Positions 1-6,257 of a DNA stretch of 17,808 nt are shown here, one piece after another. The notes beneath the pieces were generated by a model, which saw nothing but the letters and a program-made list of their open reading frames with translations, was not told where the DNA came from and made no database searches. Source of the DNA: a virus (Duplodnaviria > Heunggongvirae > Uroviricota > Caudoviricetes); IMG/VR virus record IMGVR_UViG_3300028840_001168, positions 64,001 through 81,808 of that record, one strand, 5' to 3'. The translations under genes and the position numbers were made by a program. Each line of letters starts with the position of its first letter. Position 1 is the stretch's first letter.

Positions 1-15
1 CATGGCACAACCCCT

Positions 16-306
16 TCAAGCGATGTAACCGATAAATTCGTAACGACCGCTAGGCATCCTATACCAGGTAAGAAGCGCACGACCGACACAATGCTTAAAT
101 TCGTCATGAATCTCAATAAGCTTACGACCCTCATCGCCGGTAAAATCGAGCAGATCGTCACGATCGAAACAAAGGTCATAGGTCTGCAATTCGCCATCAA
201 ACGCATTAACCGCATGACCCTTCGTACTGTAATAAGCGCCACCATCGTTGCCACTGCTACGACCCGCAAAAGCCTCCCGAACCGGATGTTTCGCTTTGAT
301 CGTCAT
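16..306 (-). CDS. Hypothetical phage protein (96 aa), C-terminal WYRMPSGRYEFIGY motif
   Basis: ATG preceded by GGGAG RBS and promoter P1. The C-terminal motif resembles a recurrent phage hypothetical family. A further gene starts at position 3 (GAAGGGG RBS) and runs off the window. Confidence 0.85.
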   Translation of the reverse strand: MTIKAKHPVREAFAGRSSGNDGGAYYSTKGHAVNAFDGELQTYDLCFDRDDLLDFTGDEGRKLIEIHDEFKHCVGRALLTWYRMPSGRYEFIGYIA

Positions 307-409
307 AACCGGACTCCCCTGATTTTAGACTCGACAGCGGCCGACAGCGGCCGCGCGGCCGATCGGTCGGCCACTATCTACAGTCTACACGCGCCCCCGC
401 GATTGTCAA
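299..409 (-). repeat. Family A promoter-leader-RBS cassette, copy 1
   Basis: Shares blocks with 713-820: AGTCTACACGCGCCCCCGCGATTGTCAA (28 bp identical), TAGACTCGACAGCGGCCG (18 bp identical) and ATCGTCATAACCGG (14 bp identical). Confidence 0.95.
382..409 (-). promoter_or_regulatory. sigma70-type promoter P1, TTGACA-N16-TAGACT
   Basis: Perfect -35, TANNNT -10, about 75 nt upstream of the start at 306. Confidence 0.85.
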
Positions 410-720
410 CTAGATTCTCCGGAATTCCGAATGTTCCGAATGTACCGGTCGGCCTGTTGTATCACATGCGCGGCCTGTTCCGGTTCTAGGGATAATGCGT
501 CGATCGACCAATCATCCCGCAGATCCGCGCGAACCGCTACATACTGCGCAGAGCGCTTAGTCCGCGCAGTCGGTTCAAGCGACACCATCGTCACAGACTG
601 GCGAACCGGATAAACCGCGTCATACGTCATGACCCGGATCTTCCACCGAAGCCCATCAACCGTCACAAGCGCCCCATCCAGTGGAATCCAATCGCCCGCG
701 AATTCCGTTGCAATCGTCAT
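406..720 (-). CDS. Hypothetical protein (104 aa)
   Basis: Start context GGGAGACCGGTT-ATGACGAT matches gene 16-306. The TGA stop lies inside the TTGACA box of P1. Confidence 0.78.
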   Translation of the reverse strand: MTIATEFAGDWIPLDGALVTVDGLRWKIRVMTYDAVYPVRQSVTMVSLEPTARTKRSAQYVAVRADLRDDWSIDALSLEPEQAAHVIQQADRYIRNIRNSGESS

Positions 721-820
721 AACCGGTCTCCCGTGTTTCTAGACTCGACAGCGGCCGGTCGGCCGGTCGGCCGATTGTCGGCCGACAATACAAGTCTACA
801 CGCGCCCCCGCGATTGTCAA
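713..820 (-). repeat. Family A promoter-leader-RBS cassette, copy 2
   Basis: Direct repeat of 299-409; contains the 16-bp palindrome ATTGTCGGCCGACAAT (774-789). Confidence 0.95.
793..820 (-). promoter_or_regulatory. sigma70-type promoter P2, TTGACA-N16-TAGACT
   Basis: Identical to P1 over 28 bp. Confidence 0.85.
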
Positions 821-1054
821 ATGGAATTCCGGATATTCCGATTATTCCGGTTTTGCCAAACAGCCCGGAAACAAGGCTTGTCCCTCTTAAACTATCGTGT
901 GTGGTTGTAACGCCTGGGTGGTTTGCGGCGGGTTTGCCGATCGCTCCGATCGCCGAACCCATATACATATAATAGGCACGATCGGCAAAGCCCCACCTCC
1001 CGGCATCAACGTACCCAGCCGCCAGGATCGGCACGACCGGCACGGCCAGCGCAT

Positions 1055-1091
1055 AAGGAAAGCCCGGCAGGCTGGGAGGAACCTGCCGAGC
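1055..1091 (-). terminator. Putative intrinsic terminator
   Basis: Minus strand GCTCGGCAGG-N10-CCTGCCGGGC stem followed by TTTCCTT, about 22 nt after the stop at 1114. Confidence 0.5.
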
Positions 1092-1113
1092 TAACCCAAG
1101 AGACAACAACCCT

Positions 1114-1341
1114 CTAGACCAATCCATCCTCACGAGCCCTACGGCAGTGGTATGCAGCAGCAATCTTACATTCCCACTCACCGAGAGCATCGTCATCCTC
1201 GACATAATTGACAAGCGCGTCAACGGCCGCAAGGATGGTATCATCGTCAAATCGCATCAGGAGCGACACAAGCTCCCCAACCGTCACGTCCATGCTCACC
1301 TTCGTTTCCCGCACTTCCCAATCAGGTAGCGCCATCGTCAT
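1114..1341 (-). CDS. Small acidic hypothetical protein (75 aa, MTMALPDWEV...)
   Basis: Start moved to ATG 1341 because of the GAAAGGCGGGTT-ATGACGAT context shared with the family A genes. Confidence 0.75.
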   Translation of the reverse strand: MTMALPDWEVRETKVSMDVTVGELVSLLMRFDDDTILAAVDALVNYVEDDDALGEWECKIAAAYHCRRAREDGLV

Positions 1342-1536
1342 AACCCGCCTTTCGTTTCTGTGGCCCCTATCGGCCGCTGTTCGGAGCGCGATCGGCCGCC
1401 GGGTTGCGACAGCAGCCGACCGCGCGGGGCGTGGCACTATGGCAGCGTGGCGAACCGCCGGGCCATTGCCCCCTATATATTGTAAGCGCCACACAAATAA
1501 TCCGAATCACCCTCCCTGCCTACGCGAGCGGTCTAA

Positions 1537-2334
1537 TTAGACCCACCCGTCCTCATCCTCAAAGAACTCCTCAACCAACTCATTCATACGATCCTCAAAG
1601 ACGACAGCGTGCCACTGACCGCCCGGACTGTGATAGGTAGTAAGAGTCGGATGATCGGTCTCCCTGCCATAGGGATCATAGGTCTCCGCACCGGTGTATT
1701 CGTAACGACCGGTCTCTTTGTTCTGAACCCTACGACGCTGGCGATACACATGAACGTCACAGTTGACGTTATCCAGAATACTGTCAAGACGCCCATCTTC
1801 GTGAAGCGCGGCAAGGACCGAATGTTCGTTAATCTCGATCTGATCCTCATATTCGCCAATCTCGACCGAGTCGATGCAACAGTGCGGACCGGAGTAACAG
1901 GAATACTCGTTACGACTGTACTCCCACTCCCAGTCCTCATAACCTGCCAACTCGGTGCAGATGTACTCAACGACGTGATCGACGTAATCCTCACAGACCT
2001 CAAGGTTGTCCTCAACCCATTCCTTGATACGACCGGACCAATTGTGATGACCCTCCGATACGCAGCAATCGTACATCGAAGGATAATCGGTATTCCCGGT
2101 AGCATACTCCGTAACCCATTCATCCATGCCCATCAGGAATTCCGTTACAAGCTCTACATCCCGATCATCCCGCAGAGATGGGTCACCCCAAGCGCCGCCG
2201 GCAGAATCGTAATGAGCATCCTTATGCTTACAGATCCAACCATCCTCACAGATCACCTCATCGTCAGGAAGCCGCGCAGGCGGCACAACCGGATCAAGCC
2301 CGCAGCCCGGAATAGTACGCTGTAGATCACTCAT
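1537..2334 (-). CDS. Acidic, Tyr/Trp/Cys-rich hypothetical protein (265 aa)
   Basis: Start at ATG 2334 after the AAACGGGAGCGAACA RBS of a family B cassette. About 62 D+E by manual count. Confidence 0.87.
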   Translation of the reverse strand: MSDLQRTIPGCGLDPVVPPARLPDDEVICEDGWICKHKDAHYDSAGGAWGDPSLRDDRDVELVTEFLMGMDEWVTEYATGNTDYPSMYDCCVSEGHHNWSGRIKEWVEDNLEVCEDYVDHVVEYICTELAGYEDWEWEYSRNEYSCYSGPHCCIDSVEIGEYEDQIEINEHSVLAALHEDGRLDSILDNVNCDVHVYRQRRRVQNKETGRYEYTGAETYDPYGRETDHPTLTTYHSPGGQWHAVVFEDRMNELVEEFFEDEDGWV

Positions 2335-2407
2335 TGTTCGCTCCCGTTTGTCGTTGTCGTTGTCCCTGCCACTACTCAACTATACCAGCGCCCGGCCGAT
2401 TGTCAAG
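2332..2407 (-). repeat. Family B promoter-leader-RBS cassette, copy 1
   Basis: Against 3634-3710, the first 19 bp are identical and the last 40 bp are 39/40 identical. Confidence 0.95.
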
Positions 2408-2608
2408 TCGGCCGCCGGAATTCTCAAGAATCCACGCAAGAATCTTGTCGTCAGAATCCGCACGTTCAGCGCGATCGAGCATATTCGATCCATTCCCTAT
2501 GCTCCGCGTATAGTCTACTCTCGGTGCAATCGACGTGAACACCCTACTCGCCAGGCTCCCTACGACCACTGTAGCCAGGCAAGCCGCTACGACCTGCCAA
2601 GCCCTCAT
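2372..2608 (-). CDS. Hypothetical protein with hydrophobic N-terminus (78 aa)
   Basis: ATGA overlap with the methyltransferase stop; N-terminal WQVVAACLATVVVGSLA; reads through promoter P3. Confidence 0.45.
   Translation of the reverse strand: MRAWQVVAACLATVVVGSLASRVFTSIAPRVDYTRSIGNGSNMLDRAERADSDDKILAWILENSGGRLDNRPGAGIVE
2379..2406 (-). promoter_or_regulatory. sigma70-type promoter P3, TTGACA-N16-TATAGT with TGG extended -10
   Basis: Perfect -35, flanked by the 7-bp inverted repeat CGGCCGA/TCGGCCG (2393-2399, 2408-2414). Confidence 0.87.
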
Positions 2609-3036
2609 AATCCACGCTCCAGTCTGTAGATGACATAACCGGAACACTTATGCACGACCGGCAGATCCAGTACAATGTGGCCCTGCCACGTCCCGGTTCG
2701 GGTTGTGCCGTTCAGTTTGTCTTTGTCGTTTCGCACGGTTATGTAAGCCACGCCGTCGTCGGTCAGCAAAGCCAGTAGATTCGCTATAACCGTCAAGCGC
2801 TCTGCTTCCGATTCGATCACGTTCAGCACGTAATTGCACGTAATCGTATCGTACAGCATACCCGGCACAACCGGCTGATAGTAAGGATCGTACCGATCCA
2901 TACAATAGGCATCGGCGTCAGCACCCTTACCACACCCAAAGTCCAGCATCTCCCCTACAAGCAGCCCATGCTTGTCAAGCCACTTCATCGGTGCAGACGG
3001 TCCCTTCCGACTAATCGCTGTCTTATGCGCGTTCAT
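2605..3036 (-). CDS. Small class I SAM-dependent methyltransferase (143 aa), resembling the DNA-phosphorothioation-associated putative methyltransferase family
   Basis: Motifs HKTAISR..PSAP, LDFGCGKG (SAM binding), YDPYYQP and D.ITCNYVLNVIE...ER. Start at 3036 (GAGGG RBS) or 3048. Confidence 0.82.
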   Translation of the reverse strand: MNAHKTAISRKGPSAPMKWLDKHGLLVGEMLDFGCGKGADADAYCMDRYDPYYQPVVPGMLYDTITCNYVLNVIESEAERLTVIANLLALLTDDGVAYITVRNDKDKLNGTTRTGTWQGHIVLDLPVVHKCSGYVIYRLERGL

Positions 3037-3044
3037 TGTAACCC

Positions 3045-3131
3045 TCATTGTTCCGTTTGGGGCGCTGGCCGGGATTGTAGGAGATGATTTATTTCGTCCG
3101 GCGGAGGCTGTACAACCCCCTCTCCCGTCAT
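3045..3131 (-). CDS. Possible 28-aa peptide (MTGEGVVQPPPDEINHLLQSRPAPQTEQ)
   Basis: GGACAGGTT-ATGACG start context like the family A genes; stop is adjacent to the methyltransferase start. Very short. Confidence 0.3.
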   Translation of the reverse strand: MTGEGVVQPPPDEINHLLQSRPAPQTEQ

Positions 3132-3187
3132 AACCTGTCCGATCGAACTCAGGTCTGTAGTCGGTACAACCCCGGCCAGCGCCCCAA
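3057..3187. repeat. Long inverted repeat (17 bp perfect, 23 bp with one mismatch) enclosing 85 nt
   Basis: TTGGGGCGCTGGCCGGG (3057-3073) is the exact reverse complement of CCCGGCCAGCGCCCCAA (3171-3187); pairing extends to 3079/3165. Confidence 0.92.
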
Positions 3188-3192
3188 TTGTT

Positions 3193-3636
3193 TCAATTGA
3201 CACGGTAGATAAAGAACTCACGAACGTCATACTCGTGACCATCGTACCCGGAGATGCAATGGCCCCTACCATCGAAACGAGCGTCACGCTTCCACTTTTC
3301 CTCATCGAAGTAAGAAGCCGCAAAGTCGGGCAATTCGGGATAGACGCACTCCTCCAGATAATTGTCAAGCGCCGCATCCCATGCCTCATCGGCCTCATCA
3401 TCGGTAGCAACGGCATATTCCCGACTACCGACAGAGAAGGTAAGCATCCCACAATGGGACCAACCGCTCACTTCCTCAATATCGTCAAGACTGTAACTGC
3501 CCTCAAGATGTTCATAAAGCGCGAGCATCCTACGCTCGACATCATCCTCATGATCGTTAGCATCCAGCGCGATCCCTACTTCCCGCAGAATCGAATCCTG
3601 CTCATCTTCCAGTGTCAGCAATTCGTCAAAGGTCAT
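3193..3636 (-). CDS. Highly acidic hypothetical protein (147 aa), candidate DNA mimic; YFDEEKWKRD segment reminiscent of the ArdA C-terminus
   Basis: Start at 3636 after the family B RBS. About 40 D+E against about 11 K+R by manual count. Confidence 0.87.
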   Translation of the reverse strand: MTFDELLTLEDEQDSILREVGIALDANDHEDDVERRMLALYEHLEGSYSLDDIEEVSGWSHCGMLTFSVGSREYAVATDDEADEAWDAALDNYLEECVYPELPDFAASYFDEEKWKRDARFDGRGHCISGYDGHEYDVREFFIYRVN

Positions 3637-3710
3637 TGTTCGCTCCCGTTTGCGTTTCGTTGTCGTTCCCGCCACTACTCAACTATACCAGCGCCCAGCC
3701 GATTGTCAAG
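3634..3710 (-). repeat. Family B promoter-leader-RBS cassette, copy 2
   Basis: Near-identical direct repeat of 2332-2407. Confidence 0.95.
3682..3709 (-). promoter_or_regulatory. sigma70-type promoter P4, TTGACA-N16-TATAGT with TGG extended -10
   Basis: 27/28 identical to P3. Confidence 0.87.
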
Positions 3711-3715
3711 CGATC

Positions 3716-4237
3716 CTAGCGCTTTTCCAAATGTTCCGACAATGCGGTCTGTAGGGCGTGCCGGGCTTGAGTCTTCATATCCTCATGATAGGCACACTCC
3801 TCAAAATCCTCAAGGCTGTTGTAGCTGCAACAACCCAGCCAATCGTCACCAACGACACCATAGCCCGGAACCTGACAAGTGACACGAACGGTACACCAGG
3901 CCCATTCGTTACCACGCTCAAGCGCGTCAAGGATCTTATCTTCGTACTCACGGTCAACTTCGTCATCACCGGAGCACATGGCATTACCCCTAACGGGCGT
4001 CAATTCCGGCCAAAGCTCAAGATCGTACTGAAGCTCACCATCGCGCTGGGCGTCAAGGATGATACGAGCCGCAAGCTCGTCAGGATCGTCAGCAAGCGTA
4101 GCAGCCTCAAAAGCCCTCTGGACGGCAGTGGCGATACGACCGGCATCATTGCCGTAAGCCTCATTCTCGCCATCAACCATCTGGAAGGTATAATCGTAAA
4201 GGTCGCTGCTAAGCAGCATCATTCGTTCAGTTAGCAT
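3716..4237 (-). CDS. Acidic hypothetical phage protein (173 aa; PVRGNAMCSGDD, EWAWC and LGCCSY motifs)
   Basis: Start moved to ATG 4237 with AAAGGAGA RBS inside the upstream gene; stops just before P4. Confidence 0.85.
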   Translation of the reverse strand: MLTERMMLLSSDLYDYTFQMVDGENEAYGNDAGRIATAVQRAFEAATLADDPDELAARIILDAQRDGELQYDLELWPELTPVRGNAMCSGDDEVDREYEDKILDALERGNEWAWCTVRVTCQVPGYGVVGDDWLGCCSYNSLEDFEECAYHEDMKTQARHALQTALSEHLEKR

Positions 4238-4748
4238 GATCGTCTCCTTTGGCACAGACGATAAGACCGGTCTTAACGTCATAGATGTCGTGAGGGACCG
4301 GACCGTCAAACCAGTCAGGACCGAAGCAGAACGCAGCACAGTCTTCACCCGGATCAGTCAGATAACCGGCACCAGGCGCACAAGGCGAACAGTAGCCACA
4401 GACCGTATAATACGGCGATTTGGTAATGAAGATATCACCGTAAGAATCGGACTCAGCTTTGTATTCGCCATCATCGACATAATGCGACAAAGGCTCGTCA
4501 CCGTAACATTCCTCACCAACCCAATCAATGACGTGACCGCACTCACACTCGTGACCGTCATCAACGTCACCATCCAACTCATTGCCACAAGCCGGGCAAT
4601 GCGGAGATCCGTAATAAGCCTCCGATTCGTCACACCATGCCTGAAGCACTTCGTTCTGTGAAATCACTCCATAGCGCACAACCGTTGTCGTCCCTGGAAA
4701 CTTCACATCCGATACATTCGTCAAACCGTTTCCGTAGTCGATCCCCAT
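4227..4748 (-). CDS. Cys-rich acidic hypothetical phage protein (173 aa; GIDYG, CPAC, CEC, CGYCSPC)
   Basis: Start at 4748 after the GGGAGAAAACA RBS downstream of P5; multiple CxxC-type motifs. Confidence 0.87.
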   Translation of the reverse strand: MGIDYGNGLTNVSDVKFPGTTTVVRYGVISQNEVLQAWCDESEAYYGSPHCPACGNELDGDVDDGHECECGHVIDWVGEECYGDEPLSHYVDDGEYKAESDSYGDIFITKSPYYTVCGYCSPCAPGAGYLTDPGEDCAAFCFGPDWFDGPVPHDIYDVKTGLIVCAKGDDHAN

Positions 4749-4816
4749 TGTTTTCTCCCGTTCGCGTTTCGTTTCCTGCCACACCAACAGCATACCATGC
4801 CAAGCGCGATTGTCAA
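4746..4816 (-). repeat. Family B cassette, diverged copy 3
   Basis: CATTGTT..CTCCCGTT.GCGTTTCGTT...GCCAC....ATACCA...GATTGTCAA is collinear with copies 1 and 2. Confidence 0.8.
4789..4816 (-). promoter_or_regulatory. sigma70-type promoter P5, TTGACA-N16-TATGCT with TGG extended -10
   Basis: About 40 nt upstream of the start at 4748. Confidence 0.85.
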
Positions 4817-5154
4817 ATGGATTCTGGAAAATGGTCGTAAGTCGTTACACTGCATAGGGTTAGCTGCCGGCCGCCGGCCGCTCGTGCGCGCTATAGTATA
4901 AGGTCAAAATAATGGGGTCCGGATTTTCCGGTTTTTCCGAACATGACGATTGTAGGAAACGTGCCGGCCCCGTTAAACAACGCACACGTCCGGACGCCGG
5001 CAGGCAGAACGCCCGCACTCGAACGCCTAGATATCTATAGTATATGTATAGTATATGTGTAACCATCAAACGAGCGCGGCCGGTCGAACGCCAGATCAAA
5101 GTTCGTGAAAACACGAACACTTATTGTAATGTGGGGAATCTTCCGACCACCTGC

Positions 5155-5182
5155 TTGACAAACGCTGAGCATCGGGTATGCT
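5155..5182 (+). promoter_or_regulatory. sigma70-type promoter P6, TTGACA-N16-TATGCT
   Basis: Divergent from P5; about 50 nt upstream of GTG 5232. Confidence 0.82.
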
Positions 5183-5231
5183 TGTGTGTAAGCGGAAACG
5201 AAACACCAGTAAACAAAGGAGATCAAACGCC

Positions 5232-5546
5232 GTGTCATACCGAGCAACACTGGAAACCATCGGCCCCATCGCACCCAACCTATGGGAAGTGAGGGAGCAG
5301 CAGTTGAGCATGAAGAAGCTGCCGTACTACTCCGGCCACGGCCGCAGCCGCCTGGAGGCCACCATGAAGGCCATCGCTGAGCTGCGTGACGACTTCCGGG
5401 AGAGTAAACAGCCAGGAGCGCAGGATCTGGCACAGCAGGCCCTGGACCAACTGAAGGGGCAGAGCAGCAAGCCTGAGCAGTTTGAAGCGCCATACGGCAC
5501 CGGGGTGGCCATGTACGCCGTCATCACGGTGGTTACCCAGCAGTAG
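5232..5546 (+). CDS. Hypothetical protein (104 aa)
   Basis: GTG 5232 is in frame with ORF 5178-5546 and preceded by an AAAGGAGA RBS; ATG 5310 is an alternative start. Confidence 0.72.
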   Translation: MSYRATLETIGPIAPNLWEVREQQLSMKKLPYYSGHGRSRLEATMKAIAELRDDFRESKQPGAQDLAQQALDQLKGQSSKPEQFEAPYGTGVAMYAVITVVTQQ

Positions 5547-5630
5547 TGACGCTTACACGCACGTAAGCGCACGTGAGAAACTCCAATACGCCAGGCCCTA
5601 CACGGGCGGGCGGGAAATAGACCCACCCCT

Positions 5631-5972
5631 ATGGACTTTAAGCGAGCGAGGAAGAGCAGGAGCACGGCGGCCGAACGCCGCACCTGGGAGTCCAGGTGCA
5701 AGCGCTACCGGGTGATCGAGAGCCACATACCGTACGCCTTCGGGCTGTACCGTGGCAACGAGCACCTCGGGTACGCCGACATTTATTATGCCACCTTCCA
5801 CCTGTCGGAAGAGGGCTGGACCATCATCAGTAAACACCGTAAGCGCAACAGCGCAATGAGAGCATGTAATGAGCACGCAGAGAAGCACGATCGCGGAGCG
5901 AGTAAGAGAACTGGACCCAGAGCTGGCCGAGGCAATCGAGGAGGAACTGTTCGACGACGCGGAGCTGGCTGA
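5631..5972 (+). CDS. Basic hypothetical protein (113 aa)
   Basis: Fills the operon space; the low-complexity C-terminal tail overlaps the next gene. Confidence 0.65.
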   Translation: MDFKRARKSRSTAAERRTWESRCKRYRVIESHIPYAFGLYRGNEHLGYADIYYATFHLSEEGWTIISKHRKRNSAMRACNEHAEKHDRGASKRTGPRAGRGNRGGTVRRRGAG

Positions 5973-6066
5973 GATGGCCCGCATGCGAGCCTTTGACTAC
6001 CAAAGCGCATCATCGGCTTTCTTCACTTTCCTGAAGACGGCTGCCGATTTGGAGGATCTGTCGTGA
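5869..6066 (+). CDS. Small acidic helical hypothetical protein (65 aa)
   Basis: Protein-like composition; GTGA coupling to the next gene. Confidence 0.65.
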   Translation: MSTQRSTIAERVRELDPELAEAIEEELFDDAELAEMARMRAFDYQSASSAFFTFLKTAADLEDLS

Positions 6067-6257
6067 GCAGAGACCCAGCAGAGGCTGCCTATAGGTGGAA
6101 GCCCGAACCTGATATGGTGTGGATGGGGGAGGAGCGAGCCCCCTGGCTTGAAGAGTCAGAAGACGACGGCTACTGGAGTCTATGTGTCGGCACCCATTAT
6201 GAGCCGGCGAGCGAGAAACGCAAGAAATTTCCCAAGGACCTTGACAAGCCTAAATAA
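6063..6257 (+). CDS. Hypothetical protein (64 aa)
   Basis: GTG start overlapping the upstream TGA with a GGAGG RBS; ends inside promoter P7. Confidence 0.6.
   Translation: MSRDPAEAAYRWKPEPDMVWMGEERAPWLEESEDDGYWSLCVGTHYEPASEKRKKFPKDLDKPK

Noticed and set aside
717-1250. 177-aa minus-strand ORF spanning the non-coding gap
   Set aside because: It overlaps gene 1114-1341 in another frame, crosses a terminator-like hairpin and promoter P2, and has no credible RBS.
1436-1506. Promoter for gene 1114-1341 (CATAGT at 1436-1441 or TACAAT at 1479-1484, minus strand)
   Set aside because: No TTGACA-like -35 at 16-17 nt (GCCCGG or TTCGGA), so it is not supportable.
1114-1560. Similar C-termini EDGLV and EDGWV in adjacent genes
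   Set aside because: Only 5 residues or about 15 nt with mismatches; cannot be distinguished from chance.
91-4661. Long plus-strand ORFs over the left arm (91-489, 1609-2325, 3235-3882, 3758-4234, 4236-4661)
   Set aside because: These are antisense shadows of the minus-strand genes, with I/V/T/R-rich composition typical of reverse-frame reading and no RBS or promoter support.
3716-4748. Two adjacent genes both 522 bp long
   Set aside because: No sequence similarity between them; coincidence.
299-4816. Repeats as a CRISPR array or integron attC array
   Set aside because: Repeats are 70-110 nt promoter-RBS units separated by whole genes, not 25-45-nt repeats with uniform spacers. No RYYYAAC/GTTRRRY ends or integrase are visible.
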